This document shows positions 1 through 12,175 of a stretch of DNA of 64,000 nt, one piece after another. The notes beneath the pieces were generated by a model. That model saw nothing but the letters and a program-made list of their open reading frames with translations. It was not told where the DNA came from and made no database searches. Each line of letters starts with the position of its first letter. Positions within the stretch are counted from its first letter, which is position 1. The DNA comes from Lytechinus pictus. Lineage: Eukaryota. The position numbers were made by a program, and so were the translations under genes. The stretch covers positions 33,914,001 through 33,978,000 of the forward strand of contig NC_087246.1 of assembly GCF_037042905.1 (NCBI RefSeq), read 5' to 3'.

Positions 1-231
1 ACACTAATTTTGTGGCAAATGAATGTTTGTGTCGGAATCTATGTACGAAAATCCAAATCCCATGAATATGGCGGCCATTTTGGACGCCATCTTGAATTTG
101 AACCCCATGGGACAATATTTCGTTTTGGGAACATCTAAATTCATTCACTACACATCTTACGGATTACAAAAATGTAGGTTAAAAAAATATATCATTCGGG
201 TGCATGGGAACCCTATCTCTCTCCCCTACTA

Positions 232-1325
232 CTAGTTCATGAAACTTGGACATAAGGTCAATCAAGTATTACTGAACATCCTACCTGAGTTTTAGGTCAC
301 ATGACCAAGGTCAAAGGTCATTTTGGGTCAATGAAATTAGACCATGTTGGGAGAATTATTTTCAGTCACGTGACCAAGGTCAAAGGTCATTTAGGGTCAA
401 TGAACTTTGGTCAAGTTGGGGGTATTTGTTGAATTACTATCATAACTTTGAAAATTTATGGATCTAGTTCATGAAACTTGGACATAAGGTTAATCAAGTA
501 TGAGTGAACATCCTGCCTGAGTTTCAGGTCACATGACCAAGGTCAAAGGTCATTTAGGGTCAATGAACTTTGGCCGTGTTGGGGGTATTTGTTGAATTAC
601 CATCATAACTTTGAAAATTTATGGATCTAGTTCATGAAACTTGGACATTAGGTTAATCAAGTACCACTGAATATCCTGTGCGAGTTTCAGGTCACACGAC
701 CATGGTCAATGGTCATTTAAGGTCAATGAACTTTGGCCGTGTTGGGGGTATTTGTTAAATAACCATCCTAACTCTGAAAGTTTATGGATCTAGTTCATAA
801 AACTTGGACATCAGAGTAATCAAGTATCACTGAACATCCTGTATGAGTTTCAGGTCACATGACCATGGTCAAAGGTCATTAAAGGTCAATGAACTTTGGC
901 CGTGTTGGGGTATTTGTTAAATTACTATCCTAACTCTGAAAGTTTATGGATCTAGTTCATAAAACTTGGGATATAAGAGTAATCAAGTATCACTGAACAT
1001 CCCCTGTGAGTTTCAGGTCACAAAACCAAGGTCAAAGGTCAGTTAAGGTCAATAACAATAAACTTAGGGCATGTTGGGGTAATTGTTGAATTGCTATCAT
1101 AACTTTGAAAGTTTATGGATAGAGTGAATGAAATGTGGACTTGGGTGTAGTTGACAAGTCTTAAGTCACCGTTCAAATGTCATTTATGGTCAATGAACGT
1201 GGTATTATGTCATTATATGAATGGTGTTTTTGTGAATGATTATTTTATAGTAGTTTTCAAAGTTAGCACTGCTGCTATGTTAAATCGCGTAATGCAGGCG
1301 AGACTGCCAGAGGCGTTCCACTTGT
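232..1325 (-). mobile_element. Helentron/DINE-1(HINE)-like non-autonomous element with internal ~160-bp tandem repeats (left end truncated)
   Basis: About 5-6 copies of a ~160-bp unit (CTAGTTCATGAAACTTGG...GGTCAAAGGTCA). The terminus ...ATGCAGGCGAGACTGCCAGAGGCGTTCCACTTGT is the reverse complement of the start of the copy at 12816-13405. Confidence 0.7.
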
Positions 1326-2555
1326 TTCTTTCAATTCAGCACTCTGTTCTTTCCCATATTTTCCCTCAGGCAGGAAATCTGTCAGTTGTTTGTCAGTTAC
1401 CATGACAAAACCTTCCATGATTTTTGCAACACCTGCTTTGTCATTTCCAATTCCCCAATGAGTTCGTCCCAGAGTTCACTATCATCAAGAACGAATTCAG
1501 GGAACACACCGATCTTACTTTCCAGCACCTCAGAACTATCATCCTGCCACTTCTTTAATTTCTCTTACATTGTTTGCACATATTTATATTGCTCCAGATA
1601 GTGGACATTGCTATGGAGCATTTGCCAGAATGGACCAGTTATTGTGAAGTATACTAGCCCTAGTGCCCTTATAATAGCAATTATTTCCTCACAACCTGAA
1701 TCGTGAAGTACACTTTCAAGCTTCAGATTTAAATCTCCCTTATAGTTTTGCAAGAACGTTTTGATATGTTCACGATGTTTAAACAAACCAGCAGCACCCA
1801 TGAAAAAATTATTAAATCTATTCATGCGAAAACTCGTCACATGGGACTTCATTCCAAGATGCTCTGAACAGAAGGAATCCCACTGGTCCTTACACCCATT
1901 CTTTTGGTCTCCCCGGGGTCCAAATACATCACAAGCTGTTCTTACAAAACGAGCACTTGCAGATTCACTTGCGGGGAATCTGGAAAACTTGCCGTGCCTG
2001 TCTCTACCTAATCCATTCCCCTGTTCTTCTATGATCTTTTTTTCAAATTCTTTAAGAACAGTCTCACATTTATTTGATAATCCCAGAAGGAAGTGAGCGT
2101 TACAGAAGAGAAATTCCAAATCGACTGAATCTTCTCCAAGTAAAGAATCTCGGTATTCAGAAAGTTTGGCTTTAAAAGCTTTGTTGACACTCGACCTATC
2201 CGACATGACAGCCATCATTTTCTTAAACATTTCTTTACAAGCCTGTTCTTTTTCACTTTCATCTGCAATTTCTCTGAGCTCTTCCATCATTGTGATAACA
2301 TTGTCTAGCTATGTGTTTGAATTTTCGACCGCCACCGATGCAAATCCCCCCAGACAACGTTTCCCCGCTATCTAGCGTTATTTGCTGCCCTACAATTTTG
2401 TTTCCATCCCTGGAAGTGCCATCCCCATGTAAAGTCCACCCCTCACATTTGGAAATGCCTTCCCTAATCTGTATCTTACTCAGAACATGAGCCCGATCCA
2501 TGAAGTTATAAGCTGTTTTTAGCAGTCGCACGACCGATGTCGCCCGCACAGTGCG
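1326..2555 (-). pseudogene. Decayed DDE-type transposase fragment with CxxH motif (superfamily unassigned)
   Basis: ORFs 2259-2549 and 1565-2290 give LHGDGTS...MSDRSSVN...FCNAHFL...RMNRFNNF. There is a frameshift and a TAG near 2310-2350 and a stop at 1565, and the frame continues (QLTDFLPEGKY) to ~1326. Confidence 0.6.
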
Positions 2556-2869
2556 CTGTACTGTGATACCTAATACTATTAAACCCTCATCCTATTTGGA
2601 CGAGCCCCATCCTCAAAGTGGAAAGCATTTGTCGTTGCTCGTCCCTGACACTGCTTCCTCCAACAATGCCAAGATATCAATGCCACATTTACTTTGTTTT
2701 TAATTCTGAATTTAGTTACCAAAAATTATTTGGCTCCCCCCCCCCCCCGATAACAGGCAGAGAATGTAAGAGGAGCGGGAGCAGAGGAGGAACAATTTGA
2801 AGAAAGCGTCAGAGCTTCCGTGCTCCCTATAGGGGGAAAACTCCCCCCTATAGGGAGCGCCTTTCGCGT

Positions 2870-3742
2870 GGAATTGTCTCCTGTGCTCCTCTGGTACTTC
2901 TCCTACAGTGCAAAGCAAGCTCATGCTTTGAAATGTGCCGCAAGATATCAGTCACTGACACAATGATGTCCTTTGCCCGTAGCTCCTTCATCTTGGCTAT
3001 TTTCAAGGCATCAAGTTCAGTAGGATCCCACAAGAAGATACAGCGACTCAGCTGATTTAAAAATGAGCTGTACAAGGGATGACTCTCTGAAGTGCAACCG
3101 CCTGAAAACGTGGGTGGAATTGTCTCCTCTACTCCTCTGGTACTTCTCCTACAGTGCAAAGCAAGCTCATGCTTTGGAATGTGCGGCAAGATATCAGTCA
3201 CTGGCCCAATGATCTCCTTTGCCCAGAGTTCTTGCATCTTGGCTATTTTCAAGGCATGAAGGTCATTAGGATCCCACATGAAGATACATTGACTCGGCTG
3301 ATTTAAAAATGCACTGTACAAGGGATGACTCTCTGAAGTGCAACCACCTGAAAATGTGGGTGGAATTGTCTCCTCTACTCCTCTGGTACTTCTCCTACAG
3401 TGCAAAGCAAGCTCATGCTTTGGAATGTGCGGCAAGATATCAGTCACTGGCCCAATGATCTCCTTTGCCCGGAGTTCTTGCATCTTGGCTATTTTCAAGG
3501 CATCAAAGTCCGTAGGATCCCACATGAAGATACAGCAACTCAGCTGATTTAAAAATGCACTGTACAAGGGATGACTCTCAGATGTGCAACCGCCGCATGA
3601 AGTGCCAAATATCCAACCTTATAGGCACATCATTCCACAGATGGAAGAGTTTTCTAACTGGCATGGACCCGCAGCAATCTCTATCAACATAGAGAGTCTC
3701 CGTATTCGGTATCCCTGCAGATCTGTATCTGGCCATGATACC
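2870..3742 (-). pseudogene. MULE-like (DxxH) transposase fragment with a 279-bp internal segment tandemly repeated ~2.5x
   Basis: 3590-3742 translates to GIMARYRSAG..TLYVDRDCC..RLDIWHFMRR. ORF 2848-3567 repeats CTSESHPLYS..CIFMWDP..ELALHCRRSTRG with a 93-aa period. Confidence 0.6.
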
Positions 3743-4189
3743 TTCTTAGCAAAGAATATTAAGGAAAAATGTAAATCAATATAATAGTAGGGAGGACGAT
3801 GAAATTTTTAATTTGTGAAGGAACCCTAACAAGTTTGGCATCATTGGAAAGCTTGTAAAATGAGAAATAGAACGGTGCTAAAATCAGCTCAGTAACTTAT
3901 AGACTTACAGATATATTTCAAGTTAAAACGTAGAAGATTCAGCGTTTCATTCTGCCTGTTTTTAAATATAGAACGTCAGATTTACAACAATCCAACATCA
4001 GCTAGCAAAATTAACTTGAATTTTTAGATCCATCTACCCAAATTTGGTATCATAGGAAAGTTTATTTAAAAAGACATCTGATGGCATTTAACCCATTGAA
4101 GGTGAGTCTCTAGTATACTCTGGCTGGAGTCATTGGAAATGCTTGTTATATCAAAATCAGCTCGTTTTCAAAGGGTTTAAAGTAAGATG

Positions 4190-4477
4190 TTACTTCGCAG
4201 TTTTGCCAAGATAAGCAACCTTTTGTACAAAGAAACGTGATGCTGACTTCTTGGGAAATATGAATTCTGAGTCTAGTAACTGGTCTAATTGTAATTTCAC
4301 TTCATCTATCCTTTTTCTTTTGTTAAGGTTCTGGTATGTTGATCTAAGAATTTCAATCTTATATTTGTATGCACTGCGAGAAGGTTTTTCCAATGCATCA
4401 TCTGATTTAATGACTTCATTAATGGCACCAGCTATTCCATGATTGTTAATTAGAGTAATCACTTCTCTATCCTTCAT
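4190..4477 (-). pseudogene. Short ORF, possibly the N-terminal remnant of a DNA-transposon protein
   Basis: 95-aa basic/helical ORF next to a TAGTAGGG terminus-like motif at 3785. No catalytic motif is visible. Confidence 0.3.
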
Positions 4478-5239
4478 CTTGGTACTTAAATTCTACAAAA
4501 TAGTCTGTTTGATTTTATGTTCAGTAAAAGTGTGAACTTCATAAATATTTCCATCTAACTTCATCATTTCCATAACCTTGCTGCGAGTAGGCCTATTCTA
4601 TATTCTATACGGTCTTCTGAACAACATTCCAAGTTGGTATAAATGTGTCTTTGTTTCTGCACCATCACTTTGCTTAACATATCTAATGCCTATATCTAGA
4701 TATCAAATCCTTTTCTTCTAATTATAAAATAATCCTAAACTTTCCTGTTTCCAACCCATTGCGCCACTTCAATGGCCATTCCAAGCTCTCTCCACCCCGG
4801 CCTATTTCTTGCCACTAACTCCTAGTAATATCTGGCCTCGAGATTTTATCTCCCAAATATTAGACTAACAAAGTCCTTTTTATACCAACAACTTTCTATG
4901 TTCAACCTGGTCCATAACAAGACATAAAAACTTAACATTCCAACCATTCTAACTCATTGCATTAGAATCATGTAAATGTTCCAATTAAATATTTGGAAAA
5001 TAACTTAGAATTAATACACTACCACTGTCGCTCGTCTTGAACTCGACTATCATAAAGCTGCCGAATTTCATTCCTTGTTTGGGATTGAATAGAAGAAATA
5101 TAGAAGAAAACATGGTGAGGACTGCTTAAATTCTTCCCTATCCGGGATTGAATGTAATAAACACTGAAAAAAACATGGTGAAGACTGCTTAAATTTGTTC
5201 CCTGTTCAGGATTGAATATAAGGAAACAGCTATGAAGTC

Positions 5240-5440
5240 ATCTCGGTTGGACAGGACGTTCGGTAGACGGTGCCCAGTGTACGCGATGATGAACAGTGAT
5301 GGCTGGTATGGAGTACTGAGTACGCGATGCATGATGACAAGACAGAGTACTGAGTACGCGATGCACGATGGCAAGTACAGAGTACCGAGTATGCGATGCA
5401 TGACGAACAGTACAGGGTGTGGCAGGCGTATCGGCAAGTG
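5240..5440. repeat. Short degenerate tandem repeat (~30 bp, GTACTGAGTACGCGATGCATGATG) inside the candidate LTR
   Basis: About 5 imperfect copies are visible; they explain the repetitive spurious ORFs at 5189-5493. Confidence 0.7.
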
Positions 5441-6148
5441 AAGACCGGCGAGCGAGATGAGTGTGGTGCAACTGAACTTGATTCATCCATCAAGACGTTC
5501 CTTATTCAGGATTGTCAATTGTTCTGCTGGATTGGTGACAATCCTTATTCACGGTATTTTAGACTTCCTTCTGCCGACTGCTGTAACTGTTGGCGACGTT
5601 CCTTATTCAGGATTGTCACTTGTCGAACCTCTCATTTCTGCTGCCGTCCAATATACTTTGTTTGAGCTTGCCCTCTCGATACTTCCAACGCCAGCCGATT
5701 TCGTCGTAGGGAAGGGGGGTCATATTCTTCCATGCACTATACAATAAAATCTACATCCACATTCTCATTTCAATCGACTTCTCTGACTTAAAAACAGTCT
5801 ACACCATTTTCAGAGACACATCATAAAATAACATCTGAATATTAATCTTACAACTACATAAAAATATTCATCTCGTCATTCAGGCTTCAAGCCTAAAATT
5901 TCTATAAAGAACTTCGAAATTCCAGTTCTGGCAAATTTAATTAAAAATTCCTTTTTATAGAGAAAGGGGGATATTATGTAACCTTAAGAAGTTTAAAAGA
6001 AATATTCCTCTCACTATTCTTGCCAAGGTCAAACGCTTGGACTATCAACTGTAAGAATGGACTAAAGAACAAACTCAACTGTCTTGGGGTTCCCTCTGAA
6101 CAAATACTCTCTAAGATGCAAAGTGAAGAAATTTTCACCCCCTGCCCC

Positions 6149-6234
6149 TTTTATACCCCTAGCTATCGGCCCCTATCGCCTGACAAAAACTTGACTTGCC
6201 CGCTTACGTGATTGGCCAAAAGTTTGTGACGTCA
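6149..6234 (-). promoter_or_regulatory. Pol II promoter cluster in LTR U3: CRE (TGACGTCA), CCAAT box, TATA box
   Basis: Minus-strand order is TGACGTCA 6227-6234, CCAAT 6211-6215, TATAAAA 6149-6155, with canonical spacing. Confidence 0.65.
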
Positions 6235-6703
6235 TCACCCACGAAATACAGACTGAACCATTTCCGGTAGGGAATAATCACTTCTAGTGACTAAAATAGG
6301 ATCAATTTATCATAATAGGGAAAAATAGAGCATCAAGATCCTCACTTCAAAGACATTTACAAGGTAAGTGACAATTTATCGAGAAAACTCGCTCCGTGCA
6401 TCGCCGTGCACGCCATTAACCTAACCTTGTCCCACGTACTAAATCCTATGTATTGCTGTGGTTCTAAGAATAGCACAATTCGCCTCTGTTACTATGCTCA
6501 TTGACTGCTGTAGTAAACACACTCAGCTGATTTTACTACGTTCATTCAAGATTCAAAACAAACAACAGCTGTGAGTGGTGGCATTGTATTAAAGTGAAAT
6601 TTTGAGAAGATTTTGTATAATTAATTCTGGCTGGAGGTAAGCACAGATCTAAATAGAAAATATTAAAAGAAAATTTTGAAAATTTTTTTGGGTATTCTTC
6701 ACA

Positions 6704-6716
6704 CTGCCCCCCTCTT
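6704..6716 (-). other. Polypurine tract (PPT)
   Basis: Minus strand AAGAGGGGGGCAG directly followed by TGTGAAG. Confidence 0.7.
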
Positions 6717-7050
6717 ACTAAATCGCTGTCCCAGCGATTCAATTTAAAACACTTACTAGGCCCTATTCCAAAATATACAAACTTTAACAGATTCAATCGA
6801 ATTAATTTCTTGAAACATTCAGATCTAAGAATGGAATACACAGTATCAATACAATTAAAATCGTTTCATCACTTCTTCAACAAATCATCTTACACTTTCA
6901 TTCACATGTATATACAAGGTAATAAGATGATCGCATCAACTCGGCTTCATCAGTCTCTTCGCATGTCATAATAGTTGGCTAGTAATGATAGACCATTCGA
7001 TGTCAAAATATGCTTGTAGAAAATTTGTACTCAAATTGTCAAATTAAAAG

Positions 7051-7849
7051 CTACTTCTGTTCATCGAAATGGTATACTGTCTTCTTTTCTTCATGTACCC
7101 TCCTCTCCCCGTAGGCTGTTACATAAGTAGTTGTGTACACCTCCACTTTATTTACTTGTATGTATCCTATCCGTGGCTTTTTCACCTTCAAGGTTATATC
7201 CACGTCCTCCTCAGTGGTTACCCTGAGTTCTCTCTTATGTGACGTGGAGTCCTCAGCCACCCCCTGACTAGATTCTCCTTGATGCATGGGGTCCTCTTCC
7301 TCCTCCTCAGGTTCTTCATCCCCAGAGTCCCCTGACTCTTCCTCCGAGCTCTCCTCTTCCTCTGCATGGAGGTCAAGTGCGTCCCTATTGTCTTTTTCTG
7401 TTTCCCCTGACTGTTCTTCCGTCTTCCTCCTCCTCCACAGGTACTTCCTCGAGCTTCTTCTCCTTCCTGTCCTCCTGTACCTCATCTTTCTTCTTTTCCT
7501 TCCTGTCCTCTCCTTCACGCTTTCTTTCCTTCCTGTCATCTTTATCTTCCTTCCTTTCCTTGCTCTCCCTTTCTGTCTTCTTTTCTTCCTCCCACTTGTC
7601 CCTTCTCCTCTCTCCTTCACGCTTCCTCAGATGTCCCGTCGTCGCCGCAGTGTAGTTTATATACTTCGCCTCTTGTTTTCTACTATTGTGCATCCTCCCA
7701 AAATGCCTGGTCATCTCCGACCTCCCCTCTGTCTCATATGAGCAATACGTGCATCTGAGGGTCATGGTGGCCTCGTGCTCCTGCATGTGTTGCTGGTACT
7801 TGTACCCCTTGATACTCTTTTTACAAATGTGACAGTACAAATAAGGCAT
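7051..7849 (-). pseudogene. Accessory retrotransposon ORF: 2x C2H2 zinc finger, E/K/R-rich region and acidic tail (frameshifted; the only copy with the full C-terminus)
   Basis: CHIC..HMQEH and CTYC..HFGRMH in ORF 7385-7849; the C-terminus lies in ORF 7051-7620, with a frameshift near 7420-7435. Confidence 0.7.
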
Positions 7850-10752
7850 AAGGTAGTTGTCATAAGTGCTTGTTAATCGTCAGACCTTATGAGCTTAATA
7901 TTTATATCTATTTGGCATCACCCTTTTCCTAGTAGGGTTTCTCCTTCCTGGATCAGACGTCAACCAATTTTTCAGTTTAGGACCAGTGTAGACTTTCAAG
8001 CGGTCAATGTGAATCACTTTGGGCTTACACCAGGGGTGTGAGCGTTCAGATTTTTTTTTTTTTCAGCTTATTTTTGGCCTTCCTCTGTACAAAAAGTATG
8101 GGAGCTCTTTCTATTTCAGACTTTTTCAACACTTCAGCTTTTTTCAGATCTTTTTATTTGTAACCACTCACACCCCTGGCTTACACGTATCTGATTGCTG
8201 TATGCGGTACACAACATCTGACAATCTTTCAATAACCATATATGGGCCACTCCATTTATACCGTCCATCAACTTTGGACACAACCTTCTTCTGCGCAGTA
8301 CTCCATGCAGCCAAACCCAATCACCCTCAGCAAATCTTCTTGGGAAAGTATTACGATCATAAGATATAGCCTGCTTTTCAGCAGCTAACTCAAGTTTCTC
8401 TCTAGCCATTTCATGTGCATCTCTAATTCTATCTCGAAGTTGCTCGGAATAATCCATTTCTCTCTTTCTTCCTGTCCTCCTGTACCTCATCTTTCTTCTT
8501 TTCCTTCCTGTCCTCTCTTTAACGCTTTCTTTCCTTCCTGTCATCTTTATCTTCCTTCCTTTCCTTGCTCTCCCTTTCTGTCTTCTTTTCTTCCTCCCAC
8601 TTGTGCCTTCTCCTCTCTCCTTCATGCTTCCTCAGATGCCCCGTCGTCGCCGCAGTGTAGTTGATATACTTCGCCTCTTGTTTTCTACTATTGTGCATCC
8701 TCCCGAAATGCCTGGTCATCTCCGACCTCCCCTCTGTCTCATATGAGCAATATGTGCATCTGAGGGTCATGGTGGCCTCGTGCTCCTGCATGTGTTGCTG
8801 GTACTTGTACCCCTTGATACTCTTTTTACAAATGTGACAGTACAAATGAGACATCTGCAGTGAAGAAAAGAAAACACAGGTAGTTGTAATAAGTGCAGGT
8901 TAACCGTTAGACCTTATGAGCTTAATCTTTGTATCTTTTTGGCATCACCCTTTTCCTAGCAGGGTTTCTCCTTCCTGGATTAGACATCAACCAATTTTTC
9001 AGTTCAGGACCAGTGTAGGCTTTCAAGCGGTCAATGTGAATCACTTTGGGCTTACACGTAGCTGATTGCTGTATGCGGTACATAACATCTGACTATCTAT
9101 CAATAAACATATATGGCCCACTCCATTTATACTGTACATCAACTTTGGACACACCCTTCTTCTGCGCTGTACTCCATGCAGCCAAACCCAATCACCCTCA
9201 GCAAATCTTCTTGGGAAAGTATTACGATCATAAGATATAGCCTGCTTTTCAGCAGCTAACTCAAGTTTCTCTCTAGCCATTTCATGTGCATCTCTAATTC
9301 TATCTCGAAGTTGCTCGGAATAATCCATTTCTCTCTTTCTTCCTGTCCTCCTGTACCTCATCTTTCTTCTTTTCCTTCCTGTCCTCTCCTTCACGCTTTC
9401 TTTCCTTCCTGTCATCTTTATCTTCTTTCCTTTCCTTGCTCTCCCTTTCTGTCTTCTTTTCTTCCTCCCACTTGTCCCTTCTCCTCTCTCCTTCACGCTT
9501 CCTCAGATGTCCCGTCGTCGCTGCAGTGTAGTTTATATACTTCGCCTCTTGTTTTCTACTATTGTGCATCCTCCCGAAATGCCTGGTCATCTCCGACCTC
9601 CCCTCTGTCTCATATGAGCAATATGTGCATCTGAGGGTCATGGTGGCCTCGTGCTCCTGCATGTGTTGCTGGTACTTGTACCCCTTGAAACTCTTTTTAC
9701 AAATGTGACAGTACAAATAAGGCAAATCTGCAGTGAAGAAAAGAAAACACAGGTAGTTGTAATAAATAGATGCAGGTTAACCGTTAGTCCTTATGAGCTT
9801 AATCTTTATATCTATTTGGCATCACCCTTTTCCTAGCAGGGTTTCTCCTTCCTTGATTAGACATCAACCAAATTTTCAGTATAGGACCAGTGTAGGCTTT
9901 CAAGCGGTCAATGTGAATCACTTTGGGCTTACACCAGGGGTGTGAGGGTTCAGATTTTTTTTTTTTTTCAGCTTATTTTTGGCCTTCCTCTGTACAAAAA
10001 GTATGGGAGCTCTTTCTATTTCAGACTTTTTCAACACTTCAGCTTTTTTCAGATCTTTTTATTTGTAACCACTCACACCCCTGGCTTACACGTATCTGAT
10101 TGCTGTATGCGGTACACAACATCTGACTATCTATCATTAAACATATATGGGCCACTCCATTTATACCGTCCATCAACTGTGGACACACCCTTCTTCTGCG
10201 CTGTACTCCATGCAGCCAAACCCAATCACCCTCAGCAAATCTTCTTGGGAAAGTATTACGATCATAAGATAAAGCCTGCTTTTCAGCAGCTAACTCAAGT
10301 TTCTCTCTAGCCATTTCATGTGCATCTCTAATTCTATCTCGAAGTTGCTCAGAAATAATCCGTTTCTTTCTTCCTGTCCTTCTCCTCTACCTCCTCTTTC
10401 TTCTTTTCCTTCCTGTCCTCTCCTTCACGCTTTCTTTCCTTCCTGTCATCTTTATCTTCCTTCCTTTCCTTGCTCTCCCTTTCTGTCTTCTTTTCTTCCT
10501 CCCACTTATCCCTTCTCTCTCCTTCACGCTTCCTCAGATGTCCCGTCGTTGCTGCAGTGTAGTTTATATACTTCGCCTCTTGTTTTCTACTATTGTGCAT
10601 CCTCCCAAAATGCCTGGTCATCTTCGACCTCCCCTCTGTCTCATATGAGCAATATGTGCATCTGAGGGTCATGGTGGCCTCGTGCTCCTGCATGTGTTGC
10701 TGGTACTTTGTACCCCTTGATACTCTTTTTACAAATGTGACAGTACAAATAA
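7440..10752 (-). repeat. Tandem array, segment 1: Gypsy integrase tail + C2H2 ORF units (~870-1020 bp)
   Basis: Zinc-finger starts at 7849, 8854, 9725 and ~10750. The integrase C-terminus (YSEQLRDRIRDAHEMARE..YD..FAEGDWVWL..PKL..WSGPY..HIDRLK) is repeated in each unit. Confidence 0.9.
8031..8178. mobile_element. hAT-type MITE (148 bp) in an array unit; the same insertion is at 9935-10083 and 27563-27707
   Basis: TIR CAGGGGTGTGAG/CTCACACCCCTG and 8-bp TSD GCTTACAC. Empty sites with a single GCTTACAC are at ~9050, ~26683 and ~47283. Confidence 0.9.
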
Positions 10753-10919
10753 GGTAGAGACTATATTGGCGTCGATCCGGCAGGTCATTAATATTCATGA
10801 GCTTGGAGATCTCGTTCGACCGCTGACGTTGCTCATTAATATTAATATTACGGTAACACATTGGGAATCGCGGGTGCGCCTCACCGCTTTACTGTATGTC
10901 GAGTGCAGTAACAAAATAT

Positions 10920-12061
10920 TTTCAATCCCCATTTATATCAATGTGCATAAAATAGGCGTCGATTCAGCATCTTTGGCGCTAATCCGGCAGTTTTTATGAA
11001 ATAAACCAAAATAATGACAATGAACCCAAATCAATGTGTTGGTTTGTCCAACTTGATGGAGCAGACAGCATATGGAGCTAGTAAAGCAGAAATCATTAGA
11101 GGAAAACGATTCACAACTTGTGTATTTTCAATATTCCCCATTTATATCAATGTACATAAAATAGGCGTCGATTCAGCATCTTTGGCGCTAATCCGGCAGT
11201 TTTTATGTAATAAACCAAAATAATGACAATGAACCCAAATCAAAGTGTTGGTTTGTCCAACTTGATGGAACAGACAGCACGGAGCTAGTAAAGTAGAAAT
11301 CATTAGAAGAAAAAGATTCACAACTTGTTTTTTTTCAATTCCCCATTAATATCAATGTGCATAAAATAGGCGTCGATTCAGCATCTTTGGCGCTAATCCG
11401 GCAGTTTTTATGAAATAAACCAAAATAATGACAATGAACCCAAATCAATGTGTTGGTTTGTCCAACTTGATGGAGCAGACAGCATATGGAGCTAGTAAAG
11501 TAGAAATCATTAGAGGAAAACGATTCACAACTTGTGTATTTTCAATATTCCCCATTTATATCAATGTACATAAAATAGGCGTCGATTCAGCATCTTTGGC
11601 GCTAATCCGGCAGTTTTTATGGAATAAACCAAAATGATGACAATGAACCCAAATCAATGTGTTGGTTTGTCCAACTTGATGGATAAGACAGCATGGAGCT
11701 AGTAAAGTAGAACTCATTAGAGGAAAAAGATTCACAACTTGTATAATTTCAATCCCCATTTATATCAATGTGCATAAAATAGGCGTCGATTCAGCATCTT
11801 TGGCGCTAATCCGGCAGTTTTTATGTAATAAACCAAAATAATGACAATGAACCCAAATCAATGTGTTGGTTTGTCCAACTTGATGGAACAGACAGCACGG
11901 AGCTAGTAAAGTAGAACTCATTAGAGGAAAAAGATTCACAACTTGTATAATTTCAATCCCCATTTATATCAATGTGCATAAAATAGGCGTCGATTCAGCA
12001 TCTTTGGCGCTAATCCGGCAGTTTTTATGTAATTAACCAAAATAATGACAATGAACCCAAT
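10920..12061. repeat. Subterminal tandem repeat of the MULE, ~5.6 x 204-209 bp
   Basis: ATGACAATGAACCC recurs at 11014, 11223, 11428, 11637, 11841 and 12045. Confidence 0.92.
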
Positions 12062-12175
12062 TCAAAGTGATTGCAAATTAACAAGGTTAACATTTTTCTT
12101 TTCTCAAAATATCACAACCCCTACAAGGAAAAAATCAAATCCAACAGACATTTTCCCGCAAAATAACAACGTCAT

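Larger units (their letters stand above)
4531..6703 (-). mobile_element. Candidate 3' LTR (~2.2 kb) of a Gypsy/Ty3-like retrotransposon
   Basis: On the minus strand it starts TGTGAA at 6703 immediately after a polypurine tract and ends TTCACA at 4531 (6-bp terminal inverted repeat). It contains a CRE/CCAAT/TATA cluster. The far boundary is less certain (alternative TGTGAAG at 3814). Confidence 0.6.

Noticed and set aside
3814-3820. TGTGAAG as the LTR end (2.9-kb LTR)
   Set aside because: It would include sequence that looks like a separate DNA-transposon end and ORF; 4531 is preferred but not proven.
4620-5000. LINE/gag coding remnant
   Set aside because: Multiple stops and no recognisable motif; better explained as LTR sequence.
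7286-7741. Hydrophobic plus-strand ORFs (and equivalents in other units) as membrane/env proteins
   Set aside because: They are antisense shadows of the GA-rich E/K/R-coding strand.
8134-9496. MKERGEG..RKKRR ORFs as protamine-like genes
   Set aside because: They are an alternative frame of the ZnF charged region running into the integrase tail at the unit junction.
10920-12061. Regular repeats as a CRISPR array
   Set aside because: Whole units are repeated with no unique spacers, the context is eukaryotic, and there are no cas genes.
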